Assembly (NCBI GenBank): GCA_002633005.1
Contig: NMRA01000821.1
Span: 68,654-132,653 of the forward strand
Direction of reading: 5' to 3'
Origin: Phoronis australis
Lineage: Eukaryota > Animalia > Phoronida
Length of the DNA stretch: 64,000 bases
Part shown: positions 49,284 through 61,446 of the stretch, piece after piece
Layout of the letters: the number at the start of each line of letters is the position of its first letter
How positions within the stretch are numbered: position 1 is the stretch's first letter
Notes under the pieces: generated by a model
What the model was told of the DNA's origin: nothing
What the model saw: the letters and a program-made list of their open reading frames with translations, nothing else
The model's database searches: none
Position numbers and translations under genes: made by a program

Positions 49284-51603
49284 GAACTGTCACTTCTTTG
49301 CAAATCTAGGCATCACTTCTTATCTCTCGTAGTTTGAGCTCCTGGCTCCCGTTTGTCAGACTCACGGTTCGAATCCTGACTTTACTGGCAAACAATCGAG
49401 AATTGCTCGGTCTTCCTAGTGAATGTATTCAAGGCAGTGAAGCTGGATATGAGACCAAAGAGATTTCTGAGACAGTGCTCAATATTGTGTCTGAATCAAA
49501 AGCTCGTTTTTTGGACGAACACCGCTTTAACTGGCATTACATTTAATCAATTTACCTCACGGGGCGTGTAAATTCTGTCTATTCAATTAAAACTGTCAAT
49601 TAAAAAATGAAAAACAACGGCGTTGTCTCATGCATTAATTTGAAGAGGGAGTTTTCCCAGGGACCGTTCGCGATTATCGTCAGTAATTGCACCGTGTAAA
49701 TATCAAAGTTGTTTTTAGATGCCGTAAAAATCCTAAACAAAACGCAATAAGTTAGTCATAAGTTAGAGTAAATATCAAATTTTCGCATTCGACTCAAGTG
49801 CAAAAGAACGCTGCATGGAATTAATCACTGATTGCATTTTAGCTATCGGATTTACAGCCGAAAAAAACACATATCTCCGGGGGTTATATTATGGCGGGAC
49901 TGAGTTCTTAAAGCTGCTAATTTAGGCCAGTGCTTTGAAGGACGAAAACCTATTTGGGATTTTATTTACAGGACTCTTGTGGAAAATTAACTTAGTGAAA
50001 CCGAGGCGGTGACCCTATCAGCTGTCCCGTTGCTAGGCACCGTGAAAATTACAAACGAGTGCTGTCTCAGGGTAGAGCTGAACAAGCCGGCGTGAACAAA
50101 TCAAGGGATAGTCTGTTGAGGATATTTGTAAAAAAGAAGCGAAGAGCCGAAACGCATTCAAGGAGTGACGCATATGAGAACGAAATAAAGCGCGTGACTG
50201 CCTTGTGACATTCCACAAATTCCTATTCATTCTCGTTGAGACATCCGGGTATGTTTGCATACCTTTCCCGTCTTTCATGAATAGCTTAGTCATTCACATG
50301 CGCTTTAGGTTGATTTTAAATGGGCATTCTTTTTACTGCCGAAAAACTTGTTCTTGGAATTATCGTTGGATGATGTAAACTTTCTGGGGTTATTCGATCA
50401 GTGTCATTAAAGAACGAAATCCGATGTTTCTGTGCATATCTCCAGTTCTCAGACCCTGCCCAACATTCGCTGAAACCAAGCCTGGTGGATTTACCTGTTG
50501 ACACCTCTCTCAAAGGATGATTATAAGTGTTTGCTTTATTTGACTAGGAAGTTCTTCGCACATTATCCTTTATACCAGTTTGTAGGGTCTGAGCCAAGTT
50601 TTCCAGTTAACCTATTTGTCACTTTGCTGTACTTTCAAGTAATTGATATTCAAACTATTTATATTTTCTTGTTCTGGAATTTTTTAGAAATTGTAGTTTA
50701 GTGGTGTAAAGCTTTGCTCATTTTTCAGCGTCAGATATTTTCCCAAAAAAGAAATTTACTCAGAAAACTGCTTTGTTCTTTAACGCTGTTGTCTGCTTCT
50801 TAGTGACGTCATTAGAAGCGTTGACTACAATCCTAGTCTTGACACTATTTATTTTATCGAAATCTCACATTGTATGCAATATTTAAAGACATTTTTCTCA
50901 GCAGTGTAAAAGAAAGACATTTGTAGAGTTCTTGGCGGGAAAGTTTCCAGATAAAAACAATTTCATTGGCGTGTTCTTCACTTTTGACGAAAATCATTTG
51001 ATTAACACATTTTTGGAAGAAGACTTGATGCTATACGACTACACTAAATACCACTGCTGCGCTGTTCCTGGATCAATAACACTCGTATCCAAGATTCATC
51101 AATTGGAAACATTAGATACACAACTCTAATTTAATTTAAAAACTGTTTTTGTCATAAGAAGGCTCATTACCATTGACAATCTGCCGAGTAATTTGAACTC
51201 TACAATTAAAAGAGCGAAAGATGCATGTTCATAATGCATATCACATGTACACACGGTTAGCAATTTTTCATTTAGGAGGTACAAGAAAACCCACAGACGA
51301 TGTTTACGCAAAACACAGAGCTTCACAATTGCACTGACTGCCATCGAAATAATGACAGCTTGATCAACTTACAATCACTATTTGTGTAATAAATAAATCA
51401 ATCTCAAAAATAATATTTCTTTGAAGATCGTTACACAGAGAGCACTGTTGACGAGAAAGGCGTTGTTCGTACAGGAGAAAATTCGCCGTTAAACTGCCTG
51501 TAGGAAGTACGAATTTTTATAACCGTGTACAGTATAGGGTTTTAAGTTGCCCAAAGTGGTTTCAACCGTAAAAACAAATTATTTATGCATTTTTTAATTA
51601 AAA

Positions 51604-54163
51604 GTTTAACTAATACAGCCTCAAGTTGCCATTGGAAACAATGAACGAGAATTTACGTTAAAACCTTGGGTTTAGGTCGCCCAACCCCTGGGGGCTCCTG
51701 TCTAGCATGGTCTTCCGGTTGATCGCCGAGTATCTGGTTGCGCATGCCAACTGTAACCGCCTAAAAATTAAAGATAAATTATAGTTTCGTTCCAGAAGCT
51801 AGTTATTGTAAGAGACAGGAGCAAAAGTGTGTCTGGCGGACATGTTGCTTTTCTCTTCCACCCCCTCTCCTATTGTACACTCCCAAGAGTTTGAAAAAAA
51901 ACGTGCAGCACAACAACCGTCGTTTCGAATTCTGCGTACCCTTGCTTACATGCACAGCTTTTTTCAAAATAGCGCGCGAGCCTTTGTTGAAACTCAAAAG
52001 ATGGCGCTGCAGTCTACGACTCTAGACACTTTAGTGTGCAACCATTCCCGTATAACGGCTGCATAACCACATGTATTTTGTTTACCTATATCAAAGATAT
52101 TATAGTTCTTTGTCTATATGAAAAATCACTAATGTTTTTACTACTTTGTTGTTGATGTATACAAACGAATCATTTTAAGGGCTTTGGTCAGTTTTCTTTC
52201 TTTTTTGACCCGGGCCCTCATTTTTGTAAATATTCCATTAATAACAATATTGTTTGATGTCTAATATTGATTTCATGCCGCAAAATGACTATTTTACTAT
52301 TACAATCATACTCCGTTCAGTATTGCCATCTAACGACTTCTAATATTTTATAGAGACTATATTTATTTGTTGAAACCAGATATGTTCGAAAGTTGTGGAG
52401 GAAAATTTTGGGAAGATCTCCTTAGCATAGATAATTTAAACGGTCATGGTATTTTGTTTGGAAATATCGAATGTAACAACAATATAAATCTTGTAGTTTT
52501 AATAACAAAAATGTCATTTATCAATGTAGAATGCAGAACAAAATTCCATTAACAGCAGATGTCACTAGAGTTTTGAAAAGTTTAGAAACATAGAATTTAC
52601 TAATATCAAAATCAACGGTACATTCGAAAAACACAACGAAAAATAAAATGAAACTTAGTTCAGTTATGACGCTTGTATATTTGTGTTGTAATTAGTAGTT
52701 TGTAACAATAAATGTTTGAAAAAAACTTCTAAAATTTTGAATTGCTAAAATTCCCTCTATCGGTTTTCGTCTAGTTTTAATCTGAAATAAAAGTTTTTCC
52801 TCCTATGTAGTTTTTGAGTAGGCCTTAGGAAGCTTCACAGCAAGTACAACTCGTCCAATAAATTTGCTCGTCCCATTTGCCACTAATAGATGGCGCGTAG
52901 AAAACTAAACCGCATCAAGACAAGAAAAATATACCACGTAAGGTTAAAAAACCTACCTCATTGTTAAATCATAGGCACCAGGTGGCGTATGTCCCTCATG
53001 TTTTCAGAACCAGGTATATCATTTTGGTAGCGTTTGAGGGAGGTTCGAAATTGGCAACGTCGGGGGACTGAAATGGTGGCGGCCACTTGGACAGCCAGTG
53101 TGGAGAAATTCGAGCCAACCGAAAGTTTGACCATTAAGTTTTACCATTGAAGTCAACGTTGTGAGCAGGCCCATAGCCAGGATTACGCAAGAGGTGGTTC
53201 GAATTTCAAAAACAGTTGACCTTTTGAGGACATTTCTCAAAAACTGAAGTCGACCCTGCACCTTTTTTCGGGAGCGCCTTAACAGTGAGCGGCAAAATAG
53301 GTTTTTATCCATATTGTCAAGAAATTCAAACGCTGCAATACGCTGTTACAATACATATTACCGAATATAAGTGTTGTAATCTCCACTTTCAGTACTGCGT
53401 GCAATGAAACGACGGCACTACACACGTACGCCAGCTACCCGTTCAGTAACGCTAGATCATCGCTAAAAACAAGACTTCGCAAGATTTCGTGAGTAGTTGC
53501 CGTGCATGGTAAACGAGAACACGTGATTTTGGTTAGATTTTTGCTAGGTCCTAGCGTTGGTCCGAGCGCTACTGAACCCACGCCAGGTTGCACTTTGAAA
53601 TATTGTCTTCATGAGATTTATTTTATTAAAACGCTGTCAATAGCTACGTCTTTGCATCAGAGCGCCTGTAAGACAATCTGTCTCATACTTACCCACTATG
53701 AGGTGTACCAAACAGTTTCAAAACGGCAATACAATGTCCTGGATTGCCGTTATCTGCTTCCAAGAATCGCTTGAGTTATCGCCTTTGGGTTTTTTCCGTC
53801 AGCTTGCGACTAAATTTCAGGGATGGACCTCCTCCACAGAGCTTATTGCCGTCCTATGGAGTCCGCGAGGTCGTGCTTTAGAAGCATTGGTTTACATGAT
53901 CAGGCATTTTTCATTGACCAAAGACTTTCTGATGGACCTAGACCTATTTGTTTCAGAATACTGTGCACAAGCAGTCGGGGTTTTCTACAAGAAAGCACTG
54001 CAAAACGTCTGGTATTTAATTAACCAAAGGGGCTGTAGTGACGTTACGTATACGCTGAATGTAAATGAATAGAAACGCCTACATGTGCATGCACTTATGA
54101 CGTTGTCCAACAATGTCCTTGCCGTATCGGATACGCTTAAGGGCTGGACCTTTTCCGCAGGGG
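51604..54163 (+). repeat. Copy 1 of a ~2.56-kb near-identical direct repeat (copy 2 at 61447-64000)
   Basis: Colinear and high-identity by eye; the ORF track shows the same ORFs in both copies. Confidence 0.97.
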
Positions 54164-54599
54164 GGGGGGGTTAGGGGCTCAGTCGAGCCCCCCCCAAAGC
54201 TCCAGTGGCTACGGGAATGGTTGATGTATTTCTGTGTCTCAGCTATTGCCTTAAATGGTACAGATTCCGTGCTCTGCATATTAGCGGTACTGGTAGCGTT
54301 TTTTTCTCATTGCAATTAATCGAAAACAAACAATCGTAGCCGCTTCAGTCCGCTTGAACGTTGTTTACTGTTGTACTCAAATCCAGTAAAGAGTGACTTA
54401 ACCTCAAAGCAAGTATAATGAAAGGTCGCTCCATGCACATCCACGCAGCATACCCGGATGGAATATCATGCAACGAGCTGCACATCAAATTACGTGATTT
54501 CGTCACTGAATACGAACTGTAAATTAAACAACTATCATAGTAAAAATTGTTGCTAAAAGCATTTAGCACCTCGATAATGACTAATCTCGGGTTTTCATA

Positions 54600-54600
<1 letters not shown>

Positions 54601-54674
<74 letters not shown>
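54601..54674. repeat. (TG)n microsatellite, about 37 units
   Basis: Directly visible. Confidence 0.99.
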
Positions 54675-54675
<1 letters not shown>

Positions 54676-55230
54676 CACATTTGGTAAGAATACCCAGAAC
54701 AGTAATATTTAGTTCAGTGAGATATTACATTTATTATAATCGCTGGCCATTTTACTTGATTTTGGCCTTCCTAGAGATCATCCTGAAGCCATTAAGATAT
54801 TATTTTACACACGTTCATAAGAAGATGATTTAGTCAAGAATGTGTTGGAGAGGTTGCATTGCAGTTAGTCACAGTGAACCAGTAACCAAAGAGGTTTTAT
54901 GGATGGTGGTCAATCTGGAGATGCAGCAAGTGAGGTTAATTAGACTACTAATTTAACACGTTCGGAAGTTTTTGTGAAAAATGATTAACACGTATCAAAT
55001 TGGTAATGTTCATATCATGCGCTAGTGCTATTTTTTGTCGAGTTCGTAAGTCAAAATATTCTGAAATCTATTCTAGTTCTCACTGTATTTCCGTGAGATT
55101 GCGGGCGTTAGTGGATGAGCCAACACTTGACGGCTACGCTCCAATTTTGAGGAATTTTTCCTTCCAGAAATTTGAAGTTAAGATTTTACGCGAGGAAAGC
55201 AACTATGAAGAACATTCAGAACTGATTGAA

Positions 55231-55583
55231 ATGGGCGCATTAAATGGACACATTAAATGGACACATTAAATGGATACATTAAATGGACACATTAATTGGA
55301 CACATTAAGTGGACACATTAAATGGACACATTAAGTGGACACATTAAATGGACACAATAAATTGACACATTAGATTGACACATTAAGTGGACACATTAAA
55401 TGGACACATTAAATGGACACATTAAGTGGACACATTAAGTAGACACATTAAGTGGACACATTTAACGGACACATTGAATGGACACAATAAATTGACACAT
55501 GAAATGGACACAATAAATTGACACATTAAATTGACACATTAAGTGGACACATTAAATGGAAACACAAAAATGGACACATTAAA
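55231..55583. repeat. 13-bp minisatellite (GGACACATTAAAT)n, about 27 copies
   Basis: Directly visible tandem units. Confidence 0.96.
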
Positions 55584-56419
55584 TCTATCAGAATGTTATG
55601 TAACAGCGTTGTGGAATAAAAAGTACACATTCCCAAAACCCTCCCTTTAGTTTTTGAGATGTCAATGATAACTTCCTAACAGTACAGTTGACATTACAAT
55701 AACAAAAACAACTTGAAAATTCATCAGGCTGTGCATTATTGAGAAAGAAATTATGGAGGTGGATGAGTCGATGAATCATTACAGAGCGTCTGTTATGTTT
55801 CGTAATCTATTAATTTAACTCTCCAGTAGTCAGCGACCAGAAACATAGGACCTTTGTTAAAGCGGCAGATCTCGCCTGCCCTCCGGCGGTCCAGACTGGA
55901 AGCTTCGGGGAATTAGCATAGATGACCACAGGGGCACTTGGAGTGCATCCGGGACTACACAGTTATGATTGCCTGCGGTGTCTATTCTCTGAGTGCTTTA
56001 TATGGGGCCAACGCTGGAGACCTAGTTTATAATAATAACAAACAAAAAACAAATTCATGCCATGACACATTTTCAAAATAACACCGACTCAGTATATTCC
56101 AGTAATTCGACATTGAAATGCTCACTAACATGCACTGAAGTATTTTGTGCATTCTGACTTGTGCCACTACCCTTAGATGTGGTAAAGTTAATGAAACGTT
56201 TTATTGTATGACATGGAGTACTGTAGGGAATATGCTAGATGTCAACCATGAATGTTGTGTTGTTTCTTTGCCAAACGCTCATATTGTATTTACTTATTCA
56301 CAATCTATTATTCAAGAAGAAGTTCTTGAATAATAGATTTTAAAAAATATACGACATCAATGTTTGGCTGTGGTGACCATATATACTGACTTGCATGGGA
56401 CATCACCGTAAACACAATC

Positions 56420-59400
56420 ATGGAGGTTGAGCTGCTGTTCATAATTTTGTTTGGCGCTCATGCACAACTCATTTTGTCTGCCGGCTCCCTCACAGAGTTT
56501 GCTGTTGAGTCAGTCGGTGTAACAGGGTGTACCGGGGTTGCCTTTAAACCCCTGAAAGTTAGAACGAACTCCGAGTGTTCTCGGCTGTGTACTGTACAGA
56601 GCAACTGCACAAACTATGTTTATGAGAGCGACAACCAACTTTGTCACCAGTGTAACAGTGAAGACGTCAACGTTACTTCAACAGCTGGTAATAATTTTGG
56701 CGGTGCAAAGGTAAATGACTCATTAATATATACATGTATATCAGGTGTACCAAAACGTACCATGATTCAACCGACTATCATTTCAAGAGTTTTACATTAA
56801 ATAATCGTTTCCACAATCGTAGTTTTAATCGTATCCACAATCGTAGTTTCAATCGTATCCACAATCGTAGTTTTAATCGTATCCACAATCGTAGTTTTAA
56901 TCGTATTCACAATCGTAGTTTTAATTGTTTCGATCCACAATCTTAGTTTTAATCGTAATAACAAATATATCCATTGTCACGAAATTCAAACCTTAAATTT
57001 ATCAATAAGATGTTATATTAGGTTGTATGGCTGAAGGTGAAATCATCGCTATCATTCGATTTATATAAAACCTCTTAAAAGTTTCCAAGAACTTCATCAG
57101 CGGTTCAGTTCAAAGAATGTCTCGTTGTTTTGAACAGTACCAATAAAACTGATTGAATTAGACAACAACAGGCTTCTTTTAATTTTAATTCCGCCTTTTC
57201 AATTTTTTCTTGTTTCCTTAATTTAATAACTGCTTTTTCTGCAGTTGTAAAACATGGTTGAAGATCTTCCATCCCCGCCCTGTCCGTCTCCGCTTGCAGC
57301 GAGAAAATCTCTGTTGTGTACTTAGTTTTCAAAGAGCCATTCCTCTAGAAAGTCAAAAGAAATAAAAAAAAAATCACTCCAGGGATCATCTTTCAGATTC
57401 AGCTTAAACTTTGTGTATGTGATCCTGGCGTGGTTTTGATACAAAAACCGCCAGTTTTGCACTTATTGACCTCTTAGTTTTTTAGCTTTAGGTCATCAAA
57501 GGTTTACGTAGAAAATAGTTCATTTTTACATTCTGGAAACAATTTTCCGATATATTTATGTTTCAGGTATTCCGGGACTGCTCGGACAGGGGTAAGCTTT
57601 TAATGGGCATGTTGAGTTGTTCTTGAAAACATCATTTCGATTGGATTGTAACGTTTATTTTTATGTCGAACTCGTCGTCCATTGATAATATGAAATTCAC
57701 GGTTACGAGTAAGAGCATGAGCAGTGGAGTTGTAGAGAATTAGCCAATTTTATATTGCCCGCAACTAATTGGGAAGTCCAGAGATTTTCTAGGTTGCAGG
57801 AAATTTACAACCACTCCTTGACTCGATATGGCGTTTGCCGCTGGTTTGCAGAAACTTTTGCGGCAAGCCTGCGCAACTTTGCAGCAAGATTACGGCAAGT
57901 GTGGGCAAAAAGGCTTTTTTGTTATGGGCACTCACAGCTCACTCACCAATCAAAACTGGCAACTGCTGATTTTGGTCCAATGAGCATGCTCACCATAATC
58001 TCGCATTAAATGAGATTAACAAAGTATGTGGCGTGATGTTCGGTAAGGGTCATGTATGCAAATAATAAAACACGTGTATGCGGATGAAGTGTACCCATAT
58101 TCTATTATTTTTGACTCAAAAGAACATGTTCTCAAATGTTTTCAACAGTGACGTCAATAAAACGCTCAGTTTTATTACCGTGCGTCTACTACTCGCGCAA
58201 ATGGCAAAAAAAAACTTTCAAACAAATCACCGTTCACGATTAACTGTGTCGCGTATGATGCTTTCTCTTGAAGCTAAGCTATTTTGAGCCTGCGCGCATT
58301 ATTGGAGCGAAGTCAAAGTATGCCGATTTTATCTACAAGTAAGCTGTAAAATTTAAGACACATTGCCTACATCAGATGGTTTTAACATTAACTTAAAACC
58401 GACACTAAACCCTGTTTTAGCGATCACAAACAATCCTCGTTCTGTAACGGCACAATCGGCGTCATTCTTGAGTGATAAATGCAGCATTTAACTGAACCTT
58501 ATACTCCCAGTATCATAGATTATATATTAGAGTTCTTGATGGATGGTCTTTCGCTACAGTGGTAGTGTAACCCGCCTAAATCGTGGGTCACGTTTGCCGG
58601 TGGGTAGACTTTGTAATGAGTTTTCAAACTTTTTAGGGTAGTCGATGGAGGCAGAGTACTACATGTATTTAGTTTCAGACAAATGGATGGGAAAGTTGAT
58701 TGTTTTCAGTATCTGTTAATAGTCCAAAATCAGTTGGTATATTGTTGAGAATCGATACTTGTATCTACCTATTTGGAGTGTATTTTTGTCTGTCCCGTTA
58801 GTTTCAATAAGTCAAAACTCACATGCTGGTCGGCCACAATAGATCGCTTTTTTACATTTTCTGTATATCATTATAGTATAACGGAGAGCGGCTGATGAGA
58901 ATGCGTGTGGTTTCCCATTTCAAGTGATTCGTCCTCAGCATTAGAACTGTACAATTTTGTTGTAGGATCAAATTTCACAGGATTTTTGCTAATACGACCA
59001 GTCAACAGCCCGAAACGATTCGTTGTCCGCTGTGAAAACAGCTGGACGGTCATTCAGCGTAGATTCGATGGTAGCCAGGACTTCAATTTATCTTGGGCTG
59101 AATACCGACAGGGGTTTGGCCAGCTGGATAAAGAGATGTGGCTCGGCAATGACAAAATTTACTACATCACTCGACAAGCTCATTATAAGCTGCAGTACTG
59201 GATTACGGATTGGAATGATGACGTTGTAACACACGATCACGACATTTTCTCCATAACCAACGAGGCTGACAATTATAAGCTAACTATTTCGGCAACGAAT
59301 GCGACTGATATCACCGGTTCGATGGAAACGCATAACGGTTACCCGTTTACAACAAAGGACAGAGACAACGATAGAAAATCAGATAATTGTGCTGTTAGAA

Positions 59401-59678
59401 ATTCCGGCGGATGGTGGTTCGATAGATGTGGTTCTTTCGGAATAAATAACTATTACCCAACAAGTGGCAATTGCCCACTAGATTTGGATAAGTTCTGTAT
59501 GAGATATGGAGATGGGGGTGGGGATGTAGTGCTTCTCAAGTCTTCGGTGATGAAAATCAAAAAAAAAACGACAATCATTGAAAATTACAAATTCAATCTC
59601 CAAGGTTCATTTGGGCCTGTGATCATTTTGCCTCGCTCAACAGCCAGTTTGAAGAGGATTAAACTAAATGTACATTAG
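56420..59678 (+). CDS. Secreted fibrinogen-related protein (FReD) with an N-terminal PAN/apple-like domain, ~342 aa
   Basis: Exons 56420-56710 (signal peptide plus the Cys pattern ECSRLC-x4-C...Y...CHQC), 57567-57591 (VFRDCSDR) and 58966-59678; 1029 nt in frame with GT-AG junctions. FReD motifs WTVIQRRFDGSQDF, WAEYRQGFG, EMWLGNDKI, FTTKDRDND, NCAxxxxGGWWFDRC and MKIK. Confidence 0.88.
56803..56956. repeat. 24-bp tandem repeat (AATCGTATCCACAATCGTAGTTTT) x~6 in FReD gene intron 1
   Basis: Directly visible; each unit is two related 12-bp halves. Confidence 0.92.
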
Positions 59679-60593
59679 AAAAGTTTGTACTTTACATTGG
59701 ACCACGATTGAGAATGTGATTTGCTACATGGTTATTAGATCTTTCGTTGTTGTCCATCAATTGGTAAACTAGTCCAGTTCTATTTCAAGAATATAGGTCT
59801 TTCTCGGAACAGAAACACCGAGCTATTTCTTCTAAGATGGTGAAATATAATTAAAATTTGGAGGTTTAACTCTGACGCGTTTCTTATGTAAGTGGAATAT
59901 GCAAAGGCATAACATTAAGTTTCTACATTTGTATCCAAAAAGAACTGTATCTATATTTGTAGCCAGAGAGATATTGGTTCTGTTTCTGACATAGTTCAAC
60001 ATTCTATTCCAAAAGTTCTGAACAGTATCGCTCTTAGAGAAAGTACACAGCGAGGAATTACAAACACCAATGGTAATTCTATGACTGAAATCACCGAAGC
60101 TTCACGTCAAGAGTAAAGTTCACATAGGCATTTTTCCATAAATCCACAGCACCAGTATGTACGTCTGCCATTTCACCTCAGACCGAGGTCTATAACTGTA
60201 GTATGTATTGCCCGTATTTGTTATCTACATCTAACAATTCTACAAAAATGGCTTAAAAGGTGAACAGAAGAGAAAATTGCACTGTTTTTAAATTTTATCA
60301 TTAGCAGCAAATGGCTTTTCTGAGGCCATACAACTTCAGAAATATAGGTCTAAAATTGTTGAACTCCGTAAAGTGAGTGATTGTCAAACGAGCCGAGGGA
60401 CTCGAAGTTAAGTTAGGTGAAGGACATCAGACATCATGTGGACAAATTAAAACAGAACTAAGTCAGGACGTGTATTTAATGTTTAAACCAAGGCACATAG
60501 TTCTTTACAATTTCTTCACAGGAGCTTCAATGGCACTAGTCCTGTAGCTGTTAGTTCAAGTTGCTTAGGTTCACAAAAGCAATATTTGGGGAT

Positions 60594-60689
60594 TTACAAA
60601 TACTCTTGAGTTCCAAACTTTTTCATCTTTACACTGTCCAGGGCGACGTCAACTTCATCTGTTCTGCGTCTTTTGGCAGTGAAGACGAG
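60594..60689 (-). CDS. Candidate terminal coding exon with a MAM-domain-like C-terminal strand
   Basis: The acceptor ttttatctttgatctattacag is followed by LVFTAKRRRTDEVDVALDSVKMKKFGTQEYL*, which resembles the MAM end motif IVFEA......DIALDDI.I. ATTAAA lies ~115 nt downstream. Confidence 0.4.
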   Translation of the reverse strand, partial: LVFTAKRRRTDEVDVALDSVKMKKFGTQEYL

Positions 60690-61446
60690 CTGTAATAGAT
60701 CAAAGATAAAAACTGTATCTGAAAACCATTTTCGCGATGAATTGTTTTACGCGACGGCATCAGTGTATAAGCGGACTTGCCTATCCCGTGAACACTGACA
60801 AACTATCAACCATAAGTATGCAGACACGATTAAATTCAGAGTTTGCTGATGTTATGGATAATGTCCTAAAGTCCCTCGGACCCCTTACCTCACGATCCCC
60901 TCGTCCCACCACTCCCGCGACCCACAACCCCCTCGACCCACGGTCTCTGGCAATGGATGTGTTTTTATGCTTTTTACACATTTCATAATCGTGTTACGTC
61001 GCTGAGTGACTTTACCATTAGACTTGCCCACTCGTGAATCTGCACTGGCTCAAGTCTGGTGGATAAAAACAGAAAGCGGCGTAAGAACAACGGATTGTGA
61101 GCGTGCTATCGTTGTCACGGAAATAGTTCCACGAGCGGCTACCAATGACCCAGCTCTACCAAACTTAGGGAGAGAGTACATTAACGTGAATACACATAAT
61201 TTCACATTTCTATTACTTCCTTTTGGTGATTTCTCGTTTAAAATATACTCCATGTAAAGTTGAGATACTTTTTTAGTTAAGAGTCCTTTATTGGGGACAA
61301 ATAAAACAACAAGAATAATAAATACTTTAAGTTGTATTGGGAATTTCAGGGTTACAGCTCTACAAATAAATATTTCACAGAAGGAACCAGATGGGTTCCT
61401 TAATTACAAGAGATAACACACACACATTTCCGATACCCAAAGTGTN

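Larger units (their letters stand above)
44771..51220 (+). repeat. Tandem duplication of ~3.2 kb (44771-47914 and 47918-51220)
   Basis: Both units start agaaaatgaaccctt.cgtgg and end tctaca.ttaa.agagcgaaag, and are colinear throughout. Unit 1 carries a MITE; unit 2 carries a 64-bp expansion. Confidence 0.93.

Noticed and set aside
53502-54072. ORFs of 90 and 124 aa preserved in both copies of the 2.56-kb repeat
   Set aside because: The copies are nearly identical, so ORF retention is uninformative; no recognisable domain or splice structure.
57105-57332. Charged, coiled-coil-like minus-strand ORF in FReD intron 1 (AEKAVIKLRKQ), faintly like Bel/Pao pol
   Set aside because: Too short, with no supporting flanking domains.
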